A DNA stretch of 64,000 nt from an uncultured delta proteobacterium (lineage in GTDB: Bacteria; Myxococcota_A; Polyangia; Polyangiales; Polyangiaceae), in contig CAWDXG010000004.1 in NCBI GenBank assembly GCA_963806225.1, forward strand, positions 5,280,001 through 5,344,000, written 5' to 3'. The notes under the pieces are model-generated. The model ran no database searches, was not told the DNA's origin, and worked only from the letters and a program-made list of their open reading frames with translations. The translations under genes were made by a program, and so were the position numbers. Below are positions 50,246-60,184 of this stretch, piece by piece; the stretch's first letter is position 1; every line of letters starts with the position of its first letter.

Positions 50246-50488
50246 GGGGCGAAGGGTAGGCCAGGCCGGCCCGCGTTGTCAGCTGCGGCGCGCCGCACGC
50301 CCGTGTCCGCGCCGGCGCGACCGCCGCCTGCAGAAAGCGCGGTAGTCGAGCGCGTAGTCGGTGTGCCCGACCAACGCGTGGTCGCATCCCGCGTCACGCC
50401 GCACCATGTCCAGTTCTGGTCACAGGGAGGGAGTCACAACCCGATCGGGGGCTTGCGCGCTGCGCGAGGGAGGCCCAATAACGGTGGG

Positions 50489-51139
50489 GTGTCCGTTTCC
50501 GGTAGGAGGGTAGTGGGATGGCTGGTGCTGGCGGGGCTCGCCGGCTGCGGGCCGAAGCTCGCGCCGGCACAGGGCCCGGCCGGGCCGCCGCCCGTCGCGG
50601 CGGGCCAGCTCCGCAGCGTGAAGGACTTCTCCGGCATCCGCGACCCCGGGCAGCGTTCCGCCGCCATCTTCCTCGAGGCGAGCCGTGTGCTCACGCACCC
50701 GCGCTGCGTGAACTGTCACCCGAGCGGCGACTCGCCGCTGCAGGGCGACGCGGAGCAGGTGCACGAGCCGCCCGTTGTGCGCAGCGTCGACGACTTCGGC
50801 GTGGTCGGGATGCGCTGCTCGAGCTGCCACCAGGATCGGAACCAGGAGCTTGCGCGCGTGCCGGGCGCACCGAACTGGCGGCTCGCGCCGCTCTCCATGG
50901 CCTGGCAGGCCAAGACCCCACGACAGATCTGCGAGCAGCTGAAGGACCCGGCCCGCAACGGCCACCGCACGCTCGCCCAGGTCGTCTCGCACAGCGCGCA
51001 CGACTCGCTGGTCGGCTGGGGCTGGCATCCGGGCCACGACCGCGTGCCCGCGCCCGGAACACAGGCAGAGTTCGGCGAGCTGATGCAGGGGTGGGTCGAC
51101 ACCGGCGCTGTCTGCCCCGCGAAGGGAGCCAGGCCATGA
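50489..51139 (+). CDS. Diheme c-type cytochrome lipoprotein associated with IorAB
   Basis: Lipobox [12 protein letters not shown] and CSSCH; start approximate (GTG). Confidence 0.8.
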   Translation: MSVSGRRVVGWLVLAGLAGCGPKLAPAQGPAGPPPVAAGQLRSVKDFSGIRDPGQRSAAIFLEASRVLTHPRCVNCHPSGDSPLQGDAEQVHEPPVVRSVDDFGVVGMRCSSCHQDRNQELARVPGAPNWRLAPLSMAWQAKTPRQICEQLKDPARNGHRTLAQVVSHSAHDSLVGWGWHPGHDRVPAPGTQAEFGELMQGWVDTGAVCPAKGARP

Positions 51140-51591
51140 AGCTGAAGCTGTTCGTCAACGGTGTGGAGCACCACATCGACGCGGATCCCGACATGCCGCT
51201 GCTCTGGGCGCTGCGCGATCTGCTCGGGCTCACCGGCACCAAGTACGGCTGCGGGCAGGCGCTGTGCGGCGCTTGCACCGTGCACCTCGCCGGGCAGGTC
51301 GTGCGCAGCTGTGTGACGCCGCTCCGTCGCGCAGCGGATCGCGAGGTGCGCACGATCGAGGGGCTGTCGGCGGACGGCAGCCATCCGCTGCAGCGCGCCT
51401 GGGTCGAGCTGGGCGTACCGCAGTGCGGCTACTGCCAGGCGGGGCAGCTCATGACGGCCGCGGCGCTGCTCGCCGAGCACCCGCACCCGACCGACGAGCA
51501 GATCGATCAGTCGATGGCCGGCAACATCTGCCGTTGCGGCACGTACACGCGCATCCGCGAGGCGATCAAACGCGTCGCGGAAGGGAAGTAG
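51136..51591 (+). CDS. iorA: (2Fe-2S) subunit, isoquinoline 1-oxidoreductase alpha type
   Basis: GTKYGCG-x2-[25 protein letters not shown] overlap. Confidence 0.9.
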   Translation: MKLKLFVNGVEHHIDADPDMPLLWALRDLLGLTGTKYGCGQALCGACTVHLAGQVVRSCVTPLRRAADREVRTIEGLSADGSHPLQRAWVELGVPQCGYCQAGQLMTAAALLAEHPHPTDEQIDQSMAGNICRCGTYTRIREAIKRVAEGK

Positions 51592-51593
51592 CG

Positions 51594-53870
51594 ATGCGCG
51601 CCGAGCACGTCACGCGGCGCTCCTTCCTTGCCGCTCTGAACCTGACGGTGGGCGGCCTCGCCATCGGTCTGTTCGACGAGCCTGCGCTCGCCGCCGCGGC
51701 GAACACCACGAAGAAGGTGAAGGCGACCTTCAACCCGAACGTGTTCATCCACGTGGCGACCAGCGGCGAGGTGACGCTGGTCTGCGCCCGCTCGGAGATG
51801 GGGCAGGGCGTCAAGAGCTCCATCCCGGTGCTGTTCGCGGACGAGCTGGGTGCGGACATGCAGCACGTGCACGTGGTGCAGGCCGACGGCGACAAGGCCT
51901 ACGGCAACCAGAACACCGACGGGTCGTCCAGCATCCGCAATGGCCAGTACGAACGGCTCCGGCGCATCGCCGCGACAGCTCGTGCGGTGCTGGTCGCCGC
52001 GGCGGCGAAGAAGCTCCACGTGCCGGCCGCCTCGCTCACCGCGCGGGACCACAAGGTTCTTGACAAGAAGAGCGGCCGCTCCGTCGGCTTCGGCGAGCTT
52101 TCGGCGCTCGCGGCCAAGCTGCCGCTGCCGGATCCGGCGCGCGTCAAGCTGCGCCCCGACAAGGAGCTCGTGCACGTCGGCACTGCGCTACCGCTGCTCG
52201 ACGCGCCGGACTACGTCACGGGCAAGGCCGTGTACGCGGCCGATGTACGCCTGCCCGGGCTGCTGGTTGCGGTCATCGCGCGGCCGCCCGTGGTCGGTGC
52301 GCGGGTGTTGCACCTCGACGAAAAGCGCGCGCTGGCTGTTCCCGGCGTAAAACGCGTGGTCCGGATGCCTGCGCCGAGCCCGCCGTACAAGGTCCAGCCC
52401 TGGGGCGGCGTCGCCGTGCTGGCCGACAACACCTGGGCGGCGCAGCGGGGGCGCGCGGCGCTTTCCATCGACTGGGGCCCGAGCGAGAACGACTCCTTCG
52501 ACTCGGCGAGTTACGAAAAGGAGCTGCTGCGCGCCGTGCGCGCGCCCGGCAAGGTGCTCAAGCAGCGCGGCGACGCCGAGGCCGCGCTGAAGAGCGCGAA
52601 ATCGACGCTCGACGCCGAGTACTACGTGCCGCACCTGCCACACGCGCCCATGGAGCCGCCCTGCGCGACCGCGCATTACAAAGGCGGGCAGCTCGAGATC
52701 TGGACCAGCACGCAGAACCCGCAGGGCGCCCGCGCCGAGGCAGCGCGCATTGCGGGCCTATCGGGAGACGACGTGATCGTGCACGTGACGCTGCTCGGCG
52801 GCGCGTTCGGTCGCAAGTCGATGGCCGACTTCGTCGCCGAGGCGGCCTATCTCGCCAAGCAGGCGGGCGCCCCGGTGCGGGTGCAGTGGACGCGCCAGGA
52901 CGACATCCAGCACGACTACTACAACACCGTGAACATGCAGCGGCTGAGCGCCGGCTTCGACGACCAGGGCAAGGTCGTGGCCTGGCGGCGGCGCACGGCG
53001 TTCCCGCCCATCCGCTCGATCTTCGTCACCGGCGCGGACACGCCCGAGGCCGGCGATCTGCAGCAGGGCGTGACCGACCTCGCACTGGACGTGCCGAACG
53101 CCACCGCCGAGGGCTGCTCCGCGAAGGCGCACGTGCGCATCGGCTGGCTGCGCAGCGTGTACAATATCTTCCACGGCTTCGCGACGGGCGTGTTCATGGA
53201 CGAGATCGCACACGCGCGGAAGCTCGATCCTCGCGACAACCTGCTCGAGCTGATCGGCCCCGCGCGAAAAGTCTCGCTTGCCGAGCTCGGCGTGCAGAGC
53301 CTCCACAACTACGGCGCGTCCCTCGTCGAGCACCCGGTGGATGCCGGTCGCCTGCGCGGCGTGATCGAGCGCGTGACCGACGCCTGCGACTGGAAGGACC
53401 GGAAGAAGAACGGTCGCGCCATCGGCATCGCGGCGCACCGCAGCTTCCTCGCGTATGTGGCGGTGGCAGTCTCGCTCGAGCGGGAGAAGAACGGCCGCGT
53501 GCGGCCCGCCGAGGTCTGGGTGACGCTCGACGCCGGCAAGGTGGTCAATCTCGATCGCGCGCGCTCGCAGATGGAGGGTGCGGCCGTCTTCGGTCTGAAC
53601 CTCGCGCTCTACGGCGGGGTGACGTTCAAGAACGGGCGCGCCCAGCAGTCGAACTTCCACGACCTGCGCCTCCTGCGCATCGCCGACGCGCCGCGCGCCA
53701 TCCACGTCGAGGTCGTCCGGAGCGACCTGCCCCCGAGCGGCATCGGAGAGCCTGGGGTACCGCCCGTCGCGCCGGCGCTCTCCAACGCCTATTTCGCGCT
53801 GACCGGAAAGCGCCTGCGCGAGCTGCCCATGAGCGCCCATTTCGGGCTGGGCAGTGGCTTCGGGCCCTGA
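51594..53870 (+). CDS. iorB: Molybdopterin-binding subunit, xanthine dehydrogenase/IorB family
   Basis: Tat motif TRRSFL; EMGQG, HAPMEP, LGGAFGRK, QMEG, GIGEPGVPP. Confidence 0.9.
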   Translation: MRAEHVTRRSFLAALNLTVGGLAIGLFDEPALAAAANTTKKVKATFNPNVFIHVATSGEVTLVCARSEMGQGVKSSIPVLFADELGADMQHVHVVQADGDKAYGNQNTDGSSSIRNGQYERLRRIAATARAVLVAAAAKKLHVPAASLTARDHKVLDKKSGRSVGFGELSALAAKLPLPDPARVKLRPDKELVHVGTALPLLDAPDYVTGKAVYAADVRLPGLLVAVIARPPVVGARVLHLDEKRALAVPGVKRVVRMPAPSPPYKVQPWGGVAVLADNTWAAQRGRAALSIDWGPSENDSFDSASYEKELLRAVRAPGKVLKQRGDAEAALKSAKSTLDAEYYVPHLPHAPMEPPCATAHYKGGQLEIWTSTQNPQGARAEAARIAGLSGDDVIVHVTLLGGAFGRKSMADFVAEAAYLAKQAGAPVRVQWTRQDDIQHDYYNTVNMQRLSAGFDDQGKVVAWRRRTAFPPIRSIFVTGADTPEAGDLQQGVTDLALDVPNATAEGCSAKAHVRIGWLRSVYNIFHGFATGVFMDEIAHARKLDPRDNLLELIGPARKVSLAELGVQSLHNYGASLVEHPVDAGRLRGVIERVTDACDWKDRKKNGRAIGIAAHRSFLAYVAVAVSLEREKNGRVRPAEVWVTLDAGKVVNLDRARSQMEGAAVFGLNLALYGGVTFKNGRAQQSNFHDLRLLRIADAPRAIHVEVVRSDLPPSGIGEPGVPPVAPALSNAYFALTGKRLRELPMSAHFGLGSGFGP

Positions 53871-53895
53871 TGTTGGTCAACATGACGAATGTCAA
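53867..53895. promoter_or_regulatory. Two adjacent FNR/CRP-family-like boxes
   Basis: CTGAT-gttg-GTCAA (53867-53880) and ATGAC-gaat-GTCAA (53882-53895) versus TTGAT-N4-ATCAA. Confidence 0.5.
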
Positions 53896-53958
53896 TCGAG
53901 GGTCCCCGCGACCCCCTGGATCCGTAGCGTTTCCGGCCCCACGTAGTAGACAACTGTC

Positions 53959-55062
53959 ATGCAGATCGCCCCCGCCGACCTCCTCCGCACGCCGCACGCC
54001 GGGCACGAGTACGCCCAGGCGCCGCGCAACGTGTACTGGGAAATGACCATCGCCTGCGACCTGGCGTGCCGACACTGCCGGGCCAACGCCATCGCAACGC
54101 GGGACCCGATGGAGCTTTCCACCGAGCAGGCCAAGGCCCTGATCCGGGGCATCAAGGAGCTCGGCAGCATGCTGATCATGACGGGCGGCGACCCGATGAA
54201 GCGCGCCGACCTGTTCGAGCTGATCGACTACGCGCGCTCGCTGCACGTGCCCGTCGGCATCACGCCGGCCACCACTCCGCTGCTCACGCGCGAGGCCATC
54301 CACGCCTTCCACGACCACGGCGTTGCGGCGCTCGGCATCAGCATCGACGGCGGCACCACGAAGACCCACGACGACTTCCGCGGCGTGCACGGCACGCTGG
54401 ATCGCGCCTTTTCGGCGCTGGAGTGGGCGCGTGAGGTGATGCTGCCGGTGCAGATCAACACTGCCGTCACGCGCCAGACGCTGCCCGAGCTGCCGCACCT
54501 GTTCGAGCGGCTGAAGAAGGAAGCGTACCCGCCCGTCAAGCGCTGGAGCCTGTTCCTGCTCGTGCCGACAGGGCGCGGCGCGATTGCCGACATGCCCACG
54601 CCCGAGCAGGTCGAGGAGCTGTTCGAGTGGAGCTACAAGACGGCGAAGGAAGCCCCCTTCCACGTCGGCACCGTGGAAGCGCCGCAGTATCGTCGCTTCC
54701 TCATCCAGCAGAAGGTCCGCGAGGGCATGACGGTGGAAGCGCTGCTCAAGGACGGCAAGCGCAACGGCTTTGGCGTGCGCGACGGCAACGGCGTCATCTT
54801 CGTCTCGTTCAAAGGCGAGGTGTACCCGGCGGGCTTCTTGCCCGATCCGCTGCTCGGCAACGTGAAGGAAGCGTCGCTGCCGGACATCTACCGCAACTCG
54901 CCGGCGCTGCAGCGGCTGCGTGACATGGATCAGCTCGGCGGCAAGTGCGGCCAGTGCGAATACCGCTGGGTGTGCGGTGGCTCGCGCGCCCGCGCCTTCG
55001 GCATGACCGGCGACGCCATGGCCGCCGATCCGGCGTGCCTGTACGAGCCGGCCGTCGCGTAG
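53959..55062 (+). CDS. Radical SAM/SPASM protein, NirJ/AhbD-related
   Basis: VYWEMTIACDLACRHCRA, TGGDP, GEVYPAGFL, GKCGQCEY-x2-VCGGSRARA...DPAC. Confidence 0.88.
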   Translation: MQIAPADLLRTPHAGHEYAQAPRNVYWEMTIACDLACRHCRANAIATRDPMELSTEQAKALIRGIKELGSMLIMTGGDPMKRADLFELIDYARSLHVPVGITPATTPLLTREAIHAFHDHGVAALGISIDGGTTKTHDDFRGVHGTLDRAFSALEWAREVMLPVQINTAVTRQTLPELPHLFERLKKEAYPPVKRWSLFLLVPTGRGAIADMPTPEQVEELFEWSYKTAKEAPFHVGTVEAPQYRRFLIQQKVREGMTVEALLKDGKRNGFGVRDGNGVIFVSFKGEVYPAGFLPDPLLGNVKEASLPDIYRNSPALQRLRDMDQLGGKCGQCEYRWVCGGSRARAFGMTGDAMAADPACLYEPAVA

Positions 55063-55077
55063 CGGCCTTCTGCGGGG

Positions 55078-55377
55078 CTACTGCGTCGCGCCGCAGAACA
55101 TCGGCGAGCCGGAGCAGCCCGAGAAGCACTTGTAGCCGGCGCCCAGCGACGCGCAGTCGCCGTCGGTCGTGCAGGTCTTCGAGCAGGCCTTGCTCTTCTG
55201 GTCGCAGCCGCCGTCCGCGAACGTGGCGAGCGGAATGCAGGTCAGCCCGTTGCTGCAGTCGGAGTTCTGGCTGCACCGCGTGCTGGCTGCACCCGGCGAC
55301 GAGGAGCTGCAGGCCGACGACAGCGCCAGCAGCACGAGGAACACCGGAAGCAGGACTCGAGTCACGCGTCGAAGCAT
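55078..55377 (-). CDS. Small Cys-rich lipoprotein
   Basis: Signal ending SSAC; C-x4-DC repeats. Confidence 0.7.
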   Translation of the reverse strand: MLRRVTRVLLPVFLVLLALSSACSSSSPGAASTRCSQNSDCSNGLTCIPLATFADGGCDQKSKACSKTCTTDGDCASLGAGYKCFSGCSGSPMFCGATQ

Positions 55378-55467
55378 GCTCGCCAACATAGTCGAGCGAG
55401 CAGGCGACGGGCAATCCGGTGCTGGTGGGCGCTGGGAAGGCTTCTCCCGGGGGTATACGTTGCGCGC

Positions 55468-55794
55468 ATGGAACCCGATCCCGAACCGCTTCTGGTCCGC
55501 ATCGAACGCTCTCCGCACCGCTGGCGCACCGCCGCGCTGGCCACGTGGCTTCTCGTGTTCGCCGCCGCGGCCTGCGACGCCAGCGGCAACTTCGAGCAGC
55601 TCGGCGAGCTCGTTGTGACGAACAAGGCAACGGTCGGCCCAGAGAAGGGCGGGACGAACACTACGCTCACGGCGGCCCGCATCGTGCTCCGCGACTCGTC
55701 GGGGCGACAGCTCGTTGTCACGCCGGACGGCGTCAGCGCACTCGACGCTCACGGCAAGCGCGTCGGGGCGCTCGCGCCGGCGACGAGGAAATAG
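55468..55794 (+). CDS. Hypothetical small membrane/secreted protein
   Basis: L-x2-RIE-x5-RWR followed by a hydrophobic segment and beta-strand-like tail. Confidence 0.5.
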   Translation: MEPDPEPLLVRIERSPHRWRTAALATWLLVFAAAACDASGNFEQLGELVVTNKATVGPEKGGTNTTLTAARIVLRDSSGRQLVVTPDGVSALDAHGKRVGALAPATRK

Positions 55795-55887
55795 GCCGCA
55801 CGCGCCGCAGCGGCGCTACGTGCGGCGTCGAGGAGTGGCGGCGACCTGCTCCGTCCGCGTTCGCCATCCCTCGAGCCCCCGCTGAGC

Positions 55888-55923
55888 GTAGCAAAATGCC
55901 ACAAATGTGTAGCATTTTGCTAT
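55888..55923. promoter_or_regulatory. AT-rich tandem palindrome / hairpin between convergent genes
   Basis: GTAGCA-aaa-TGCCAC and GTAGCA-ttt-TGCTAT, together forming an 11-bp perfect inverted repeat. Confidence 0.5.
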
Positions 55924-55933
55924 AAAACCGCCC

Positions 55934-56317
55934 CTATAGCTTGCTCGCGAGCTTGCCCGCGCGGGTGCGCGCGTCGGCGACGATCGACTTCGCCTCGTCG
56001 GCGGAGAAGCCGAGCAGACCCACCAGCTTGTCGAGCAGCTTCTGCTCGGCTTTGGTCTGCTTGCCGTCGGCGTGCGTGAGCAGCGCGGCGTTGGCGAGCA
56101 GCAGGCGCTTGCCCTCGTCGTCGAGCTCGCCCAGTGGCGCCTCGTCGAGCGGGCGCTTCTTCTTCGCGTATTCGCGGATCTCCGCGTCGTCCTCGTCGCT
56201 GGCGTCGAACGCCCAGCAGAGCCCGTCGATGATGCCCTGCTCGGGCTCCTTCACGGTGCCGTCCGCCCACGCGACCGCCACCAACGACTTCACGATGTTC
56301 TTCTCACCCGGCGTCAT
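55934..56317 (-). CDS. TerB-like protein
   Basis: Two VAWADG...E / LTHADG...E half-motifs. Confidence 0.8.
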   Translation of the reverse strand: MTPGEKNIVKSLVAVAWADGTVKEPEQGIIDGLCWAFDASDEDDAEIREYAKKKRPLDEAPLGELDDEGKRLLLANAALLTHADGKQTKAEQKLLDKLVGLLGFSADEAKSIVADARTRAGKLASKL

Positions 56318-56395
56318 GGCGGGAACCATAGCGCAAAGCGGGGTGAGCGTGCGCCTCGTCAAGCGGCGTCGCCCGGAGCCCCCGGATCGGGCCGA

Positions 56396-57175
56396 TCAGC
56401 GCGTTACCGCGATCCACGTGAAGGTCGCGTCGGTGCCGTCCGCCAGGCGCAGTGGGAGGTCGATCTGGACGTGGTACCTGCCCGGTGGGAGCGGTTTCCC
56501 TTGCCGGGTGGCCCGCCACACAACCGAGGCGACCGCGCGAGCCGACGGGTCCAGTGCGAAGCGAACCCAAGTGGGCGGTACCTCGGCGCCGACAAGGCCG
56601 CCCTCCCGCGCTTCATCGTCGGCCGGCGGCGGCCAGGGCGCTTTCGAGGTGCTCGCCGCGAATCCCCATGTGGGATGAACGCCCGTCGGCGGCCGCGGCC
56701 CGCCCAGCCCGCCCAATGCATCCCCGCCAACGGCTTCGAGCGTGATGTCCGCGCGAGCGGTTCCGCGGTTCTCGAACACGATGTGGATCACGGCGACGTG
56801 TCCGCTCGACACGCCGTGCGGCGCTTCGACGCTCAGGGTCACGCGGCCCGGCAGCTGGGGCGGCAGCGCGCGGTCGTTCGGCTTGACCTGACACGCCTTG
56901 GTGTCGAGTACGGCACCCAGGTCCAGCGGCGCCGCGCTGCTCCCCCGACACCTAGCGGCGATGCGTGTGCTCGCTTCGGCGGAAGCGTCGGCGCGCGCGT
57001 CGGTCGGGACGGCCGCTGCTGCGTCCGACCGCGCGCTCGACGGGGGAGACGGAGCCCGTGCGGATGCTTGCGGCGGAGGCCGCTGCGGCGGATTCGCTAC
57101 CTGAGCGTGGGCGCACGCGGCGCCGGCCAACGCAAGGACAACCCAGAGCCACTGCCGCCGGTGCATGGCCGTCAT
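56396..57175 (-). CDS. Hypothetical lipoprotein
   Basis: Signal ending GAAC; Pro/Ala linker; C-terminal LPPGRY Ig-like strand. Confidence 0.6.
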   Translation of the reverse strand: MTAMHRRQWLWVVLALAGAACAHAQVANPPQRPPPQASARAPSPPSSARSDAAAAVPTDARADASAEASTRIAARCRGSSAAPLDLGAVLDTKACQVKPNDRALPPQLPGRVTLSVEAPHGVSSGHVAVIHIVFENRGTARADITLEAVGGDALGGLGGPRPPTGVHPTWGFAASTSKAPWPPPADDEAREGGLVGAEVPPTWVRFALDPSARAVASVVWRATRQGKPLPPGRYHVQIDLPLRLADGTDATFTWIAVTR

Positions 57176-57332
57176 CAGAGGAGCCACACACCCGCGGGAT
57201 TGGCCGCGCTCCGCGCCACATCGGCAATCCCGACAGTGGGGAGCCCTGACTCCCCCTTGGCCCGTGCTCTTTCGATCGGGCGCACCCAACCAGGTACCAG
57301 AGCAGGCGCGCCCCGCCCGTCGCCGCAGCCCG

Positions 57333-60116
57333 CTAGTCATCGTCGGGGTCCATCCGAGGCAGACGCACGCCCGCGCGCTTGGCGGCGAGGCGCGCTTCGA
57401 CCTGGAGCTCGAGCTCGGGCGGCAGCTTCGTGAGCTGCTTGCCGCGCATCCAGCGCATGACCTGGGCGGAGAGGCCGGGTTGCGAGTCGGGCTCGGAGAA
57501 GTCCCAGGAGCTGGTGAGCCGGCGCTCGGCGCGCGTGGACTTGCCGCCGCAGGTGAGCGGCCACTGGCGCGGTGTGTAGGTGTACGGCGTGTAGTCGGGC
57601 GTGGAGGTGAACATGTCGAGCGGCAGCGCGGCGTTGGCGACCTGGTAGTTCGGGTACGGCTTGCCGAAGAGGTGCGCGAACAGCTTGTGCAGGCTCGCGA
57701 TGTCGAGGTGCTGGTGCGAGACGTAGCCGCGCTTGATCCACGGCGAGATCATCACCAGCGGCGTGCGGTGGCTGTCGATGTGGTCGCTGCCGTCGAGCGG
57801 ATCGTCCTCCGTCACGATGATCAGCGACTCCTTCCACAGCGGGCTGTGCGAGACGGCGTCGACGATCATGCCCGTCGCTTCGTCGTTGACCGCGCAGTTC
57901 GTCTCCGGCGTAGGCGAGTCCGGCGACAGTCCGAAGGTGTGATCGTTCGTGATCGTCATGTACGACAGCTGCCCGACATCGCACAGCACCCGCACGCGGC
58001 CGGCCACGTGGCAGGCCTTTTCCACGTCGTTGTAGCCGATGTTCTGGAACGGTCCGCCGGGGTACTTCAGGTCGACCGGATTGCGCGCCGGCAGCTTTTC
58101 CGGGCGCCCGACGATCTCGCCCATGATGTCGTAGTCGACGCCTTCGTTGCCGAGCCAGTCGAAGAGCGAGCCTTCCTCGGGGCGCCCCACGTCGATGACG
58201 CCGCCGCCGGGGACGGAGCGCGCATCGCCGTTCGACACGGCCCAGGTGCGCTCGTTGAAATCGTTGCTGCGACCGTAGGTGGCCCACACGTGCCCCTGCG
58301 TCGATTGCACCGCGGAGGTGTAGTAGTTGTCGCTGACCGTGAACGCGCGGGCGAGCGCGCGCATGTTGTGCCAGATGCTCTCCATGTCGGAGGAGCTCTT
58401 CTTGAGCGTGAGCTTCGGGTCGCCTTCCACACCGTTCATGTCGCCGAAGATGGCATCGAAGTCCTTGTTCTCGCGCAGGATGAAGAACACGTGCTTGATG
58501 ACCGGCGAAGGGCCGTCGTTGATGTTTGTCGGCACGGGAAAATCGTTCGCACCCGCAGGGCACGACACGGCCGGCGTCCCCGGGAGTGCGGCCACGTCGT
58601 TGTTCTTCGTGACGACCTTCTCGCCCGCCGAGAGCGCCGCGCTGTCCGGCGCGGGAATATGCTGGATGCCGCCGCGGACGAGATCGCTGATGGCGCCGTG
58701 TCCGGGCGGGTAGGGCACGTTGCCCGGCCCCGTGCCGCGCGCCCGCATGCCGGCGACGGCGAGCGAGCCGTCGGTCATCACTGCGATGCCCGACGGCCAC
58801 CACTGGGTAGGCAGCCTGCCGGCCGGCGTGATCGCGGGCGGCGACTTCGAAAGGTCCACGTCGTAGGCCGCGACGGCGTTCATGCCGCTCAGGGTGACGT
58901 ACAGGCGCTTTGCGGCCGCGTCGTAGGCCAGCGCGGAGGGCTCGAGCCCCTTGAGCGTCTCGCCGCTGTCGACGGGCAGGGTCGTCGTTGTGCCGGCGAC
59001 GCGATCGATCAGCGTGAGCGAGTCGCCCAGGTCGTTGCCCACGGCCATCCAGCGGCTGTCGAAAAAGGCGATGCCCTCTGGATCCTTGCCGGTGTCGAAG
59101 GAGCGCGCGACCGAGGGCTTTGCCGGATCGGTCAGGTCGAGTTCGAGCACCTTCTTGTTGGCCCACATGGAGACATAGGCGTGATCGCTGTCGGCCGGGT
59201 CGAACCAGACGCCGAAGGTTTCCGGGTGGCCGAGGGCGACCGAGCCGAGCTGCTGCCCGAAGCTCGCCGAGCCCGCCTTCACGTCGAAGACGAGTGCGCG
59301 GCTCTGCACGACCGGCGTGACCACGAGCCGCGAGCCGTCGGGCGAGGCGGCGACGCCCGAGACGTACCAGGCGATGTCGTTGCCCTTGGAGTCCTTGGCT
59401 GTCGGCAGCTGCAGCGACCGCGTGTCGTCGCGCGTCAAGGTGCCGGCGTTGGTGTCGATGGTGAAGGCCTGCACCACGCCGTTGTCGGTGGCGACGTACG
59501 CGAGATCGGGCGGCACGAACGCCATGCCGCTGTTGAGGATGTCGGGGCGCGAGAAGCCGATGTAGTCGGTGACTGGGTTGCCGCTGCCGACCTTCGTCGT
59601 GTCGATGAGGCGGACGGCGTGGTTGCCGATGCCGGTGTCGACGGTCAGCACGTAGCTGGTCGACGGGACCTGGAGCAGGCCGGTCGTGATACCGCCGACA
59701 AGATCCTTCTCGTCGAACACCCAGTCCTGGCCTGCGGGGCGCACGCGGCGTCCGTCGGGGAGGATGGTCGTTTTCGCGTCGGCGGGGTCCGTCCCGGTGA
59801 ATTTCTTCGAGTCGCCCGTAGCGTCGGTGACGGTGCACTGGCCCTTCACTGCCTTGGGATACTTCCCGTTCCACGCCTCGCAGGTGTCGGCGTGGGGGAC
59901 GCCGGTCCGCCAGTCGCGCAGGTTCTGGCAGTCGTAGGGCTCGGTGTTCTCGCTGCAGCTCCCGGGCGGACAGTCGTAGGCGCAGGATTTCTCCACCTTC
60001 GAGAAGGTGTACGGGTCGACGTCGGGGCCATGTGCGGCCGGGCTCTGCTCGCCAGATCCACACGCGGACAAGCCGAAAAGTACAACCAGCGCGGCGGGGC
60101 CAAAGCGATAGAGCAT
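57333..60116 (-). CDS. YncE-type beta-propeller + phosphoesterase/alkaline-phosphatase-like lipoprotein
   Basis: Lipobox LSAC; propeller repeats; IKHVFFILRENK-x-FD-x2-FGD, S-x2-GH-x-W, NDHT, TEDD-x3-G-x-DH-x-DSHR. Confidence 0.85.
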   Translation of the reverse strand: MLYRFGPAALVVLFGLSACGSGEQSPAAHGPDVDPYTFSKVEKSCAYDCPPGSCSENTEPYDCQNLRDWRTGVPHADTCEAWNGKYPKAVKGQCTVTDATGDSKKFTGTDPADAKTTILPDGRRVRPAGQDWVFDEKDLVGGITTGLLQVPSTSYVLTVDTGIGNHAVRLIDTTKVGSGNPVTDYIGFSRPDILNSGMAFVPPDLAYVATDNGVVQAFTIDTNAGTLTRDDTRSLQLPTAKDSKGNDIAWYVSGVAASPDGSRLVVTPVVQSRALVFDVKAGSASFGQQLGSVALGHPETFGVWFDPADSDHAYVSMWANKKVLELDLTDPAKPSVARSFDTGKDPEGIAFFDSRWMAVGNDLGDSLTLIDRVAGTTTTLPVDSGETLKGLEPSALAYDAAAKRLYVTLSGMNAVAAYDVDLSKSPPAITPAGRLPTQWWPSGIAVMTDGSLAVAGMRARGTGPGNVPYPPGHGAISDLVRGGIQHIPAPDSAALSAGEKVVTKNNDVAALPGTPAVSCPAGANDFPVPTNINDGPSPVIKHVFFILRENKDFDAIFGDMNGVEGDPKLTLKKSSSDMESIWHNMRALARAFTVSDNYYTSAVQSTQGHVWATYGRSNDFNERTWAVSNGDARSVPGGGVIDVGRPEEGSLFDWLGNEGVDYDIMGEIVGRPEKLPARNPVDLKYPGGPFQNIGYNDVEKACHVAGRVRVLCDVGQLSYMTITNDHTFGLSPDSPTPETNCAVNDEATGMIVDAVSHSPLWKESLIIVTEDDPLDGSDHIDSHRTPLVMISPWIKRGYVSHQHLDIASLHKLFAHLFGKPYPNYQVANAALPLDMFTSTPDYTPYTYTPRQWPLTCGGKSTRAERRLTSSWDFSEPDSQPGLSAQVMRWMRGKQLTKLPPELELQVEARLAAKRAGVRLPRMDPDDD

Positions 60117-60184
60117 CACCCGGGATTGTATCGTCGCACGACCGTAGAATCGAGGACGCCCCGTGACGTCCTCTGGAGACGCCG

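Noticed and set aside
55888..55923. dif/Xer recombination site or transposon end
   Set aside because: No match to the XerC/XerD consensus, no second copy or target duplication seen, and no recombinase in the window.
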